From a virus, in the IMG/VR virus record IMGVR_UViG_3300047552_002060, positions 20,775 through 84,774 of that record: a stretch of 64,000 bases of DNA, one strand, 5' to 3'. Positions 8,998 to 18,472 of this stretch are shown one piece after another. A program made the position numbers and the translations under genes. Below the pieces are notes generated by a model. It searched no databases and was not told the origin of the DNA. It saw nothing but the letters and a program-made list of their open reading frames with translations. Within the stretch, counting starts at the first letter, position 1. Each line of letters opens with the position of its first letter.

Positions 8998-10682
8998 GTA
9001 GGATTTACCTTAGACACTAAGATTCCATCGACGAATGTTAATGATCCAGCAGCTCCAGGAGTGGTTAGTTTGGCGAGAGAAGCAGTGTCATTATTATTTG
9101 TTGTTGGAAACACACCGGGAATGTTAAGTGCAACCATGGCAGCAGCAGCCAAATCTTTGAATATGAGCTTCAATTGACTCTGCTGCAGTGGTAGCAGAGT
9201 ATTGTAATCTTGTAGTGGAGCTATCAGATCAGGGTCGACTCCTCCTTGGACTCCGTATAGGTAAGCCAATTGTAGTGCTTCGTCAAGATTCATAAATGTA
9301 TTGGCTTGACGCTGAGTAACAGACAATGGATCAACAATGGGCGTCGAACTTGTTATGGTTGGAGTTCCAATGTTGATTATTTGCTCTATGCCTGTTGCAA
9401 CAATTTGATTGCTTATTGCAGGTACACCCAGCTCTATAGATTGTTCGCTGCCCACTCCAACAACATTTGAAACTATCCCGGTTATTGGGGTGCCGATTAG
9501 AATATCTTGTTGGATGCCAGCTTCAACAGCGAATATTGAAGTATTGTTAGTGGGTACACCGACAGAGATATCTTGCTGAATGCCTATTGCAGTATGTGAT
9601 GTTATTGAACTGACAAGTGACAATCCTGTGTCAATCGTCTGATCAATGCCTATACCAATCGCGGGTATATAAACAGCTGCTATTGGAGTTCCAATAGTGA
9701 TGTCTTGTTGAATACCAACACTCAAAAATTCTCGATCTAGAGCACGCACTGCAGATGGCGTACCGACGTTGATAACTTGTCCAAAACCACTTCCAATTAC
9801 TGAAGCCGGTCCAGCAACCACCGGCGCTCCTACACTGATAGGCTCCAAGATTCCTACGCCAATAGTCGTGAGTGGATTAATATCAGCAGTAGGTGTACCG
9901 ACAGCTATAGTCTGTGCGATACCTACGCCCTGAGGTTCCTGTTGTTGAATAATTGCAGGTGTACCAATACTGATATTTTGTGCGACACCGACAGCTATAG
10001 TAGAAGCAAACAATCCAGAGGCTGGATCACCGACAGTAATAGTTTGATCAACACCTATGCTCGTTGAGGAGAGAGAAGTTGATGTGACTGGCGTTCCGAT
10101 ATCTATTGTTTGATCAATACCAACAGATTGAGCATCACCCTGCGACTGCATAGATGGAGTTCCAACAACGATATCTTGTTGGATACCAACGTTTACACAT
10201 GCAATTTGAGCAGGTTGAATAACGTCAACGACTAATCCTGGCCAATTGTAGGTTCCACTGCGCGGAATTACCCAAGAACTTCCAGTAAAGACAGCATTAT
10301 TCCTGATGCTAAGAGTGTAAGTATTTGTGCTGATTAATGGCCCAGAAAGCGCCAAAAGAATACTTCTTGCTCCAGCATTCCAAGTTACACTATTAATCGT
10401 CGGCGGAGTAGGTCCAGAGAGAGAGTAATCTGAGACAGTAGTGCTTACTGATTGCAGTGGAGCGGTGAATTGTATAGTAATAGTATTTACAGCTGATTCA
10501 CCATAGTGCGCTGACCACAATGCTCCTTGCACGACTTCTCTATCACCGGTGATAGAAAATTGACCGCGTTTGCCCGAATTTCCATTGAAGTTTGGAGCAA
10601 CATCAAAAGCCGAAGAAACTCTTTTCCAAGTATCTTGCTCCGTACTTGGCAATGCAAAATCATTGGATGCATAGGCAGTCAT
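8994..10682 (-). CDS. repeat-rich virion structural/fibre protein
   Basis: Ig-like N-terminal region, 13 GIxQxIxVGTP repeats, C-terminal module shared with 12713-13051. Confidence 0.7.
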   Translation of the reverse strand: MTAYASNDFALPSTEQDTWKRVSSAFDVAPNFNGNSGKRGQFSITGDREVVQGALWSAHYGESAVNTITIQFTAPLQSVSTTVSDYSLSGPTPPTINSVTWNAGARSILLALSGPLISTNTYTLSIRNNAVFTGSSWVIPRSGTYNWPGLVVDVIQPAQIACVNVGIQQDIVVGTPSMQSQGDAQSVGIDQTIDIGTPVTSTSLSSTSIGVDQTITVGDPASGLFASTIAVGVAQNISIGTPAIIQQQEPQGVGIAQTIAVGTPTADINPLTTIGVGILEPISVGAPVVAGPASVIGSGFGQVINVGTPSAVRALDREFLSVGIQQDITIGTPIAAVYIPAIGIGIDQTIDTGLSLVSSITSHTAIGIQQDISVGVPTNNTSIFAVEAGIQQDILIGTPITGIVSNVVGVGSEQSIELGVPAISNQIVATGIEQIINIGTPTITSSTPIVDPLSVTQRQANTFMNLDEALQLAYLYGVQGGVDPDLIAPLQDYNTLLPLQQSQLKLIFKDLAAAAMVALNIPGVFPTTNNNDTASLAKLTTPGAAGSLTFVDGILVSKVNPT

Positions 10683-11146
10683 TATGTCACCACCGGAGTT
10701 CCAATGTCAACTGTTTCAGTAACACCTGATTGAGTTGAAGCTAAATCTACATAGATTGGAATTGATGAAGCAATATTGGTAAAATATCCGTCGTAAAAAG
10801 TGTTATCGGCGACTTTTACAGTATATGAATTTTCTATGGCCAAAGTGCTGGATAGTGTCAATCGTATGTACGACTTTCCAGATATGAAAGACACTGATGT
10901 AACTGTAGGTGCAGATGTACCATTAATTATATAGTTACCAGCAACAGTCATGCTGCCACTAGTCAATAAAACTCGATCTGTCTGTATGTATAAAAAGGCC
11001 ACACTTCCCGATGGCGAATATCGGGCACAGAATGGAATGGGTCCAGTATTATTGCTTAATAACCAGGGTGCTAAATATACACGATGTGCGTAAGTATTTT
11101 GTTCTGTATTTGGCTGAGCAAAATCATTTGGAGTATAAGAGGCCAC
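10682..11146 (-). CDS. Ig-like virion protein, paralog of the N-terminus of 8994-10682
   Basis: Shared MxxYxxNDFAxPxTEQ start, PTxxSVxF..LxLS..L...xYTxxV; ends in one IGTP repeat. Confidence 0.65.
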   Translation of the reverse strand: MASYTPNDFAQPNTEQNTYAHRVYLAPWLLSNNTGPIPFCARYSPSGSVAFLYIQTDRVLLTSGSMTVAGNYIINGTSAPTVTSVSFISGKSYIRLTLSSTLAIENSYTVKVADNTFYDGYFTNIASSIPIYVDLASTQSGVTETVDIGTPVVT

Positions 11147-11162
11147 AAGTCAGTGTCTCCTA

Positions 11163-12167
11163 TTACAGACTCGGCGCCACTGATCCCACTGTTAACCAAT
11201 GTCCAGAAACCATTCGCTCCGGATTGCCGGTTCCAGGAACCGTGCTTCCTGGAACAACTTGCGCCCCAATTGCCCAAAGATCGGGAATCCTGCCGCGTAT
11301 CCCTTTATGGGAAGTCGTCGTATCCATTACATAAGCAATAGGCAATGCATCTACAGTGGAATCTAAGTTATTAGTGGTTGTCAATACGGCCATTGACTGA
11401 CCACTAGGTTTAAAGTTTGTCGTCATGATCTGCATTGATGAAGTGGCTGCAGAATTATCTTGGGCTTTTCCACGTATTGTCCACGTACTAGATTCAGATA
11501 ATGCACCGACGCCCGAATCTAAAAACGTTGTCCACATTATGGTGCGAGCCGCATCAGATGAATGATATTCTGTTAGTGGTTCAATACAAATTGATGTAGA
11601 AAAATATCCAGTGCCATTGCGTGAGATGAAAAATCGAAACCCGCCATTTGCATCAGTAGAAAAATGAGTTTTACCGGCGCCAGCAGTAGTAGAGATAAAT
11701 TGAAATGATGTAAAAGCTGACTCATTAGTCGCTGTGGGTCTAGCTGTAGTTGAACCGCCGGTGAAAGCATTATTAGCAACTATGATAGAACCAGTCTGAT
11801 CATTCGTGGGGCCGATATAATCAAAGCAAACATACCAAGGACCATCTAACAGACCAGATGGCGATTGAAGTACAAACCATGTGTGTGCAGAAGCCGCAGC
11901 AGCACGCGTCCAGTTGCTCGCCGTGTAAGAGCCTGCAAAGTTAAGTCGATCTGTAGAATCCATGCCGGCTGTTGAAGCATTGCTGCTACCAACTAGGGTC
12001 CAATAAGCACCCGAAGGTCGTGCACCCTCCGAACCATCAGTTCCAGAAACGCTTCCGGTCAGTGTAGCTCCAAAGGCCCATAACGCGCTACTAGCCGCTC
12101 TAGACGCAGTACTGGTATCGTCCAGTGCTCGATTTATCGTTGAATACCATGTTTTGCTTAAAGTCAT
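11163..12167 (-). CDS. putative virion structural protein
   Basis: 334 aa, S/T/G/A-rich beta-type composition; GAGG RBS. Confidence 0.65.
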   Translation of the reverse strand: MTLSKTWYSTINRALDDTSTASRAASSALWAFGATLTGSVSGTDGSEGARPSGAYWTLVGSSNASTAGMDSTDRLNFAGSYTASNWTRAAAASAHTWFVLQSPSGLLDGPWYVCFDYIGPTNDQTGSIIVANNAFTGGSTTARPTATNESAFTSFQFISTTAGAGKTHFSTDANGGFRFFISRNGTGYFSTSICIEPLTEYHSSDAARTIMWTTFLDSGVGALSESSTWTIRGKAQDNSAATSSMQIMTTNFKPSGQSMAVLTTTNNLDSTVDALPIAYVMDTTTSHKGIRGRIPDLWAIGAQVVPGSTVPGTGNPERMVSGHWLTVGSVAPSL

Positions 12168-12271
12168 GAAATTATACCTCTTTTTCTAAATATTTAAAGT
12201 GTGACCACGAATAGAATGAGCTTGCCTAATTACTATTTAAACAGTAGTTGGAGTGACTACAATACTAACAA

Positions 12272-12685
12272 TTACGTCAACTTGAAGATCTTATTAGTTC
12301 CTGAGTCGGGACTCCACGTGATATCGCCGCCGTTCGTGCTGAACGGTAAGGTGACACCGGTCGTGGTATCAATGAGTACAAGAAGTGGAGAGGTAGCCGC
12401 CGTTCCTGTGTCTTTATAGATTACGAAATATCGTACAGTCGATCCACCAGCAACGGCTGTAAAAGTAACTGAAGAGCTATTAAAGACGCCGTTGACAATT
12501 GTGACACCGCTAAGTGCCTGTGGAACATCAATAACATTCGCGTTGACGTCCGTCCAATACTGATGTGTTGCAAGGTTGGGAGTATAGGAGCTAGACACTA
12601 GAGCAATCTTGATCGTGTCTGAGTCAAGCACGAAACTACCATGTAGAAGACCCTGCTTGCCTAGAGTATAAAGTGCATTTGCCAT
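12272..12685 (-). CDS. phage tail/fibre-associated structural protein
   Basis: MANALY..K..LL...DTIKIALV...LLVLID...NGGDIT pattern common in phage structural genes. Confidence 0.7.
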   Translation of the reverse strand: MANALYTLGKQGLLHGSFVLDSDTIKIALVSSSYTPNLATHQYWTDVNANVIDVPQALSGVTIVNGVFNSSSVTFTAVAGGSTVRYFVIYKDTGTAATSPLLVLIDTTTGVTLPFSTNGGDITWSPDSGTNKIFKLT

Positions 12686-12712
12686 TTTTTCAATTTCCTT
12701 TTGTATAAATAT

Positions 12713-13051
12713 TTACGACGGATCCGTTTTTGCTACTAAAATTCCATCAATGAATGTTAACAATCCAGTTGTTCCAGACGGCGTCAATTTTGCCAATGTA
12801 ACGGTGGTTGATAGACCTGTAGGTAAAGCTCTCTTAATATTTAAAGCTACCATCATGGCAGCTATTAAAGACTTGAAGGGGTCCTTAACGCCTTGTTTTA
12901 CCGCTTGTACCGCAGGAGTACTATACAAGGGCATAGGATCAAGTACTGGCTGAGATATCTGGTTTTCAACACCAAATGCGAATGCTGCTTCTAGATCGCC
13001 CTCTAGAGCCACAATCCCCGTCTCCTGATCTGCTGTAATTATCAATTTCAT
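12713..13051 (-). CDS. small virion protein, paralog of the C-terminus of 8994-10682
   Basis: MVALNI...LAKLT..G..G.LTF.DGILV shared. Confidence 0.65.
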   Translation of the reverse strand: MKLIITADQETGIVALEGDLEAAFAFGVENQISQPVLDPMPLYSTPAVQAVKQGVKDPFKSLIAAMMVALNIKRALPTGLSTTVTLAKLTPSGTTGLLTFIDGILVAKTDPS

Positions 13052-13095
13052 AACTATTAATATATTCTACTTCGGCTGGAGTTAACTAAGACCTC

Positions 13096-13105
13096 TTTTC
13101 CGAAA
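13096..13105 (+). promoter_or_regulatory. TTTTCCGAAA intergenic motif (also 13630, 16067, 49749; variant at 19484)
   Basis: Identical 10-mer about 50-60 nt upstream of three + strand gene starts. Confidence 0.45.
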
Positions 13106-13158
13106 CAATTAATAGACAAGGGAATAATTCCCTATTGAGCAGGTAAAGAAAGGCACAA

Positions 13159-13491
13159 ATGAGTAATACACCTAATTTCGAAGATGTAGTGATTGGCACA
13201 CTCGGTCGTACGCTGTCTCAGCATGATTTGATGTATCATTACGATAGTTTACACACTGAGTTGACCAGTGAGTGGAATGTCGCTTATCGTGTCCAGGATA
13301 ACTTCACGACGGCTGTTCTCTTTAAGACTGTCGGGCGTGATTCAGGAGAGTTGCGTACGGAAGATATGTTTGTAGGTGTCTCAAAGCGAAACACTCAGGA
13401 CCGGAACCTTCCCATTCGTGGACGGTCACTGGCTCTCTCACGAGCAGTGCACGCATTCCTAATGGATAGACTCCAAAGTTTCAAGAGCTAA
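13159..13491 (+). CDS. hypothetical protein
   Basis: 110 aa ORF with AAGG RBS. Confidence 0.7.
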   Translation: MSNTPNFEDVVIGTLGRTLSQHDLMYHYDSLHTELTSEWNVAYRVQDNFTTAVLFKTVGRDSGELRTEDMFVGVSKRNTQDRNLPIRGRSLALSRAVHAFLMDRLQSFKS

Positions 13492-13493
13492 AC

Positions 13494-13625
13494 ATGACTC
13501 TCTTAGAGTTTGTAGGTGATCATCCTATAGTAACTATACTGATTGCGATGATCGTCTGTAATACTGTTGTAGACATTGTACGCCTCATGACTCAGACTGT
13601 TGAACAAAAACACCACGAAGACTAA
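13494..13625 (+). CDS. small membrane protein (43 aa, not in ORF track)
   Basis: MTLLEFVGDHPIVTILIAMIVCNTVVDIVRL... Confidence 0.55.
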   Translation: MTLLEFVGDHPIVTILIAMIVCNTVVDIVRLMTQTVEQKHHED

Positions 13626-13686
13626 TCTCTTTTCCGAAATCATCATAATTCGATTCACCCACAATGCAGCTAGGAGCAAATTATAA

Positions 13687-14829
13687 ATGAAGCCATCCAA
13701 TATCACCGCAGTTCTTGACCTCGCTCTGAAGGCCAATCAGATCGGCGAGATTGTTAACCCGATGTTCACCGGCGATGCTGGACTTGGCAAGTCTCAGATC
13801 GTTCAGCAGTGGGTCGAAAAGCAGCGCGAAGTCGATCCCGAGTTTGGATTCGTTGATCTCCGCATCGCCTATCTGGAAGCGCCAGACCTTATCGGCTTTC
13901 CTGATACGGCCAAGGATGAGAATGGTCTCGAGCGGACAATGCATCGTCTGCCTGAGTTCTGGCCGACCTCGGGTCGTGGACTGATTCTTCTTGAGGAGCC
14001 CAATCGTGGTACGACGGGCGTCATGAACTGCCTCATGCAGCTCCTGACTGATCGCAAGGTACACAACTATACTCTTCCACCAGGCTGGATGATTGCTGCA
14101 GCGGTCAACCCCGACTCATCCGAGTATGATGTCAACGCGATGGATGCTGCCCTTAAGGATCGCTTTGAGGAATTCGAGGTTGAGTATGATGCCCTCACCT
14201 TCATGGAGTTCATGGAGAACAGGGGTTGGGACGCAAACATCCAGCGGTTCGTTGGCAACGGCGTCTGGGTCTACAAGACGCCAAAGGAGCTTGGCCAGAA
14301 CGGCAAGTACATCAGCCCACGTACTTGGAGCAAGGTCAATGCTGCTGAGCGTGCTGGACTCAGTCAGAGCAATCGAATGCTCCACCGAATCACCGTGTGC
14401 GGCATTCTGGGCAAGGACATCGGCAACGAGTATCATTCGTACTGCTTTGATCAGGCGCCAGTGACCGCTCAGGAGATCTTGAAGGACAAGAAGGGAGCAT
14501 TCAAGCGACTCAAGGAGCACTGCGCAACGGATACCTATCGCGGCGACATGATTCCAGTCACGGTCGACAGTATTATCAAGGCTTACGGCGGCAAGAAGGC
14601 CGTCTGTAAGGACGATCAGATCGATGAAGATACGATGGTCGAAGTCGCCAAGATTATCCCGGCTGACCAGACTGCTAACCTCATCAAGGGTTGCGGGTAC
14701 GCAATCGCCAAGGGTCGTATGTCTGACTTCTTGAATCAATTCGTTAAGGATCACCCCGAACTCATCAACATCATGAAGAGCAATATCAAGCTCAATCGCG
14801 CAACAGGTGTTGATAAGGATAAGAAGTAA
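13687..14829 (+). CDS. MoxR-like/dynein-related AAA+ ATPase
   Basis: GDAGLGKS, LILLEEPNRG, AAVNP, MDAALKDRF, SPRTW. Confidence 0.9.
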   Translation: MKPSNITAVLDLALKANQIGEIVNPMFTGDAGLGKSQIVQQWVEKQREVDPEFGFVDLRIAYLEAPDLIGFPDTAKDENGLERTMHRLPEFWPTSGRGLILLEEPNRGTTGVMNCLMQLLTDRKVHNYTLPPGWMIAAAVNPDSSEYDVNAMDAALKDRFEEFEVEYDALTFMEFMENRGWDANIQRFVGNGVWVYKTPKELGQNGKYISPRTWSKVNAAERAGLSQSNRMLHRITVCGILGKDIGNEYHSYCFDQAPVTAQEILKDKKGAFKRLKEHCATDTYRGDMIPVTVDSIIKAYGGKKAVCKDDQIDEDTMVEVAKIIPADQTANLIKGCGYAIAKGRMSDFLNQFVKDHPELINIMKSNIKLNRATGVDKDKK

Positions 14830-14863
14830 GAGTTTCCACCGAAAAACGTTCTTTTCAGATTGT

Positions 14864-14940
14864 TTGACTTGGTTCTATCTTAAGAATAGAGAGAGCAGCT
14901 AAAGAGCTGCTAAGTTCTGGTTCAAGTCCAGAGAGTCGAG
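14864..14940 (+). ncRNA. tRNA-like RNA with extended D stem and 6-nt anticodon loop
   Basis: TTGACTT/GAGTCGA acceptor, TTCTAT/ATAGAG D stem, AGCAGC-TAAAGA-GCTGCT, TCTGG-TTCAAGT-CCAGA T arm. Confidence 0.55.
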
Positions 14941-15007
14941 TCAGTTCAATCACAGACGAATGGGTGACACAGAGTTGCACCCTACGGTGGGTCTTAATGG
15001 AGCATAT

Positions 15008-15115
15008 ATGCAAGGTTTGTTGTATGGCTGGATAGCTCTAATCGTACTAGCGGCGCTTTTCGCTTCTGTAGGATTAGGAGTATTGATTGCTATGTTGTTC
15101 TATCGTAAGAAGTAA
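15008..15115 (+). CDS. small membrane protein (35 aa, not in ORF track)
   Basis: GGAG RBS; MQGLLYGWIALIVLAALFASVGLGVLIAMLFYRKK. Confidence 0.6.
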   Translation: MQGLLYGWIALIVLAALFASVGLGVLIAMLFYRKK

Positions 15116-15240
15116 AAAAAACTGGAATGTTCCAAGAGTTGGCGTCCAGTACTGGGTTGATCTACGACGCGGGCAGATCGACAAATGGAAAAGAGAGGCT
15201 ATAAAGGCCGAACGAGATCGTTCGAATCGATTACCAGTTT

Positions 15241-15372
15241 ATGTATGGAGAGAAAATAGTCATCTATTTCTTTAGAACTTTAAGATTATTAAAGTTGTCT
15301 GAGTACAGAGTTGAAGGTCTGGTGCCCACGCGGTTAATTCTGCAGTACATGCTAGAAAAAAGAGGAAGATAA
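15241..15372 (+). CDS. small protein, FF..LKL family member (43 aa, not in ORF track)
   Basis: VIYFFRTLRLLKLSE; TAATG overlap with next gene. Confidence 0.5.
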   Translation: MYGEKIVIYFFRTLRLLKLSEYRVEGLVPTRLILQYMLEKRGR

Positions 15373-15974
15373 TGAAGCGAAACTTAATTCAACTTGATAA
15401 CGAGATGCTTGAGATCAAGCGAGATGCGAAGGGAAATCTCACTGTAAAGCGGCTCACACCTGAAGAACTTGTCGAGGTGCATGTACTTGAAGATAGTGTA
15501 GCAACTTTACTAGACAATGACTTCAATAAGATCGCCAACGATACCATGGAAGGGCTTCGCAAGGAATTTAAGGCTTCTCTGCGAGAAAACATTCTGCGAG
15601 TGGTTGGTTTTACAAATAATTGGGGCAAGTGGGAAGTTGACAATTGTAACGGCCGGAATTCGCTCATCACAGAATACATTGCGCAAAAGATCAGGCAGGA
15701 TATTAAGGGAGAGTTCGACAGTCTCCTCAAGGAAGACATCGAAAAGATGCTCGTCCCCATGCGAAAGCAACTCGCCGCAGAGTATAAAGAAGTCTTTGCG
15801 AGGACCGTCCGCGAATCCATGCGCTACCAAGCACAAGAAGCGGCAAAAGAGTTCTTGACCAGTCTTCTCACTAAGGAAATCACCAAGGTACAAAAGCAAG
15901 CCATCGCAAAAGCAGAGGCTTGCTTTCTTGCCAAGAAGAAAAATGAAGACGCAGATGTAGATGCAGATGAATAA
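15372..15974 (+). CDS. hypothetical helical protein
   Basis: 200 aa ORF, GAGG RBS. Confidence 0.75.
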   Translation: MKRNLIQLDNEMLEIKRDAKGNLTVKRLTPEELVEVHVLEDSVATLLDNDFNKIANDTMEGLRKEFKASLRENILRVVGFTNNWGKWEVDNCNGRNSLITEYIAQKIRQDIKGEFDSLLKEDIEKMLVPMRKQLAAEYKEVFARTVRESMRYQAQEAAKEFLTSLLTKEITKVQKQAIAKAEACFLAKKKNEDADVDADE

Positions 15975-16125
15975 CTTTTACAAATATCCTTCGACTATTT
16001 AAAAGTTATCGACTTCAAAAACAAGTTGATAAACTATTAAAACAAATAGCGGCCAGAAAAAGTAACTTTTCCGAAATTAGACGGATTCGTTCAAAGAATA
16101 TTATTGAAGTTTCAATGGAGAGATA

Positions 16126-17529
16126 ATGTCATCTAGACTTCGCAGCAAGTTGGAAAAAGACCTCTTGGACAAGGAATTTGTCTCGGTTGAAGTTAAGTCA
16201 CAGTGTTTGTCAACTGTGATTTACGAGTGTTGTACTAAGACACACCAGTTCATGGGTGCCGTTCTTCAGAGTCTTACTATCAATTACTCTCATCAACTTC
16301 CAACTGCTGGTATTTTGTTCAATACCGATGCTAAGCACTGGGAGATGCTGATTAATCCGTATTTCTTCTGTAAGAAGCTCAATGCTGAGCAGCGCAAGGC
16401 CGTGCTGCTTCATGAGCTTAGTCACATTCTTCATAAGCACCCATTGCGAGTACCTTTTCTGAAGATTTCGCCACGCAAGCGAGTATTGATGAATATTGCT
16501 GCCGACATGGCGATTAACCAGTTCATCAAGAATATCCCCGATGGCTGTCCACAATGTACACCATATGACCCCGACCATCCAACTCCATGCCCCAATGAGA
16601 TGTGTCCCGGTCGCGGCATCTTCCTGCGTGACTTCTACGACATCGATGACAAGACAAAGGCTCGTATTCCATGGAAGGCCAATCAGACCATGGAGCATTA
16701 TTACGAGAAGCTTCTGACTCGCTTCGAAGATCCTGACGATGGCGACGGAGATGGCGATGGCAATGCCGGTGGTGGAGCGTCAACGGGCGACCTACCCCAG
16801 ACCATCGATGAGCATCTTTGGGATAATGGCGCCGTTGAAGAAAAGGACATGCTGGACGCTACTGAGGAATTGGCCAAGCGTGCGATGGTAAAGGCTCGTC
16901 TTGATTACGATTCTCTTCCTGGCTCAGTGAAGGAACTTCTCGAGGATATCAAGGCACGGCGCGCCGAACTTAACTATAAGCAGCTCATTATGTCGGCTAT
17001 GAAGCGTCACGCCAGCGGCCACGATCGCAATCATACGTGGACTCGTCCCTCTAAGCGATACGGCAATAAGGCTCGTGGAACGAAGGTAGGTGAGCTGCCG
17101 AAGCTCGACATCTATCTCGATTCCTCAGGAAGTATCAGCATCGAAGAGCTGAATGGCTTCTTAGAAGTTGTAGACCAGTTCCTTCGGGTTGGATCTCGTA
17201 AGTGTAATCTGAGTTTCTTCCATACAGCTCTCTACAAGACCGATAAATACAAGATGGGGACTAAGATTGCCCGAGAAGACATTCAGAGTGGAGGCACCGA
17301 TCTCACTCCCGTATTGGCCAATATTCTCAAGAATAAAGCGGATATGGCGATCATCGTGACCGATGGTTGTTATGGGGATGTTCCGGCCGAACAGTGGATG
17401 AAGCCTGGCGAGAAGTTTCCACAAACATTGTTCGTCATCTCTAAAGACGGCACGGCGGATCATCCGTTGAAGCGTTTCGGGTCTGAGACGGTCAAGATTC
17501 CTGATAGCGCTACGTTTAAGAAGCAATAA
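16126..17529 (+). CDS. HEXXH metallopeptidase + vWA domain protein (DUF2201-like), probable partner of the MoxR-like ATPase
   Basis: LLHELSH, NIAADMAIN, acidic linker, DxH..W, MIDAS YLDSSGSI, GGTD, VTDG. Confidence 0.88.
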   Translation: MSSRLRSKLEKDLLDKEFVSVEVKSQCLSTVIYECCTKTHQFMGAVLQSLTINYSHQLPTAGILFNTDAKHWEMLINPYFFCKKLNAEQRKAVLLHELSHILHKHPLRVPFLKISPRKRVLMNIAADMAINQFIKNIPDGCPQCTPYDPDHPTPCPNEMCPGRGIFLRDFYDIDDKTKARIPWKANQTMEHYYEKLLTRFEDPDDGDGDGDGNAGGGASTGDLPQTIDEHLWDNGAVEEKDMLDATEELAKRAMVKARLDYDSLPGSVKELLEDIKARRAELNYKQLIMSAMKRHASGHDRNHTWTRPSKRYGNKARGTKVGELPKLDIYLDSSGSISIEELNGFLEVVDQFLRVGSRKCNLSFFHTALYKTDKYKMGTKIAREDIQSGGTDLTPVLANILKNKADMAIIVTDGCYGDVPAEQWMKPGEKFPQTLFVISKDGTADHPLKRFGSETVKIPDSATFKKQ

Positions 17530-17550
17530 TCTAACCTAAAGGAATAAACT

Positions 17551-17790
17551 ATGAACAAGAATAAGACGTTAAATGATTATTTTTTAGAAAATTGGTATTG
17601 GGGAGTCGTACTTGTTATCATCTGCGGCATTGTGACCCACTGGATCTGGCCAGAAATTAAGGCGCAAGACGCTGCTCTCACGAGTGCTATGTATTTTATC
17701 TGGTATCGTATCTACTCTGCCCTAGAACTTATGTGGGATACGGTGCAAAAACTTGCGCCGGAGGACAGTGAAGTAAAGGATCTTGAATAA
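17551..17790 (+). CDS. small membrane protein
   Basis: Hydrophobic segment WYWGVVLVIICGIVTHWIW; AAGGA RBS. Confidence 0.65.
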   Translation: MNKNKTLNDYFLENWYWGVVLVIICGIVTHWIWPEIKAQDAALTSAMYFIWYRIYSALELMWDTVQKLAPEDSEVKDLE

Positions 17791-18436
17791 ACTTGATGAT
17801 ATAATTGAGTTTATGATTAAGCCAGAGACCGACATATTAGAAAAGTTTGAACAACTACTTAAATTTGCTAAAGAAGTTGCTCAAACTGAAGAGCTGGAAG
17901 AACTAGTCAAGAGTTGTCCACGCTGTGGTAAGGCCTCTGCCAATAAGTCTAATCCTTCTGGTCGGTGTTCTAGTTGCCTCAAAAAGTTAGCAGCCAATAA
18001 AAAGAAGCCAGGTCACTATCTCCATGAGCATAAAGTGGCAGACGATGCACTCCGTAGACAGAAGGGGAAAAACGGTACCGCTTCTAAGAAGTCTTCTGGT
18101 CTTGGGTCTCGTAAAGAAATCATCAATAAAGTGCATTCTGCTGAAAAACGCACTGGACAAGTTTTGTCTCCAGACCGGAAGGACAACTCAAAAGGTTACT
18201 CCTCATCTAATGTCCGTATGGTCCCACCGCATCTCAATAGAGGTCGACACCATGTTGACGGAAAGAAGTTAGCAGCCTGGAAAAAGAAACTCAAGAAGAA
18301 CGACATCTCTGATGAAGAATTGTATACTTACGTCTTAGCGAAAGCTACAGAGAATCAAACCGAATTAGTATCTGAACTTGAAAAGATGTCTCCCGCTGAT
18401 TTGATCGCATACTTTTTCGATTCAGATGTAGAATAA
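17783..18436 (+). CDS. basic HNH-like/Zn-finger domain flanked by acidic modules
   Basis: CPRC..CSSC; LSPDRKDNSKGYSSSNVRMVPPHLN resembles the SxDRIDNxKGYxxxNV HNH variant. Confidence 0.6.
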   Translation: MNKLDDIIEFMIKPETDILEKFEQLLKFAKEVAQTEELEELVKSCPRCGKASANKSNPSGRCSSCLKKLAANKKKPGHYLHEHKVADDALRRQKGKNGTASKKSSGLGSRKEIINKVHSAEKRTGQVLSPDRKDNSKGYSSSNVRMVPPHLNRGRHHVDGKKLAAWKKKLKKNDISDEELYTYVLAKATENQTELVSELEKMSPADLIAYFFDSDVE

Positions 18437-18472
18437 CCTTATAAATTCATATTAAATATCTCAAAGGAGCAG

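Noticed and set aside
13681-14754. Long antisense ORFs (up to 212 aa) over the ATPase; likewise at 15389-15899, 16210-16698, 20750-21238 and 58555-59000
   Set aside because: Shadow frames of codon-biased genes with no motifs or RBS
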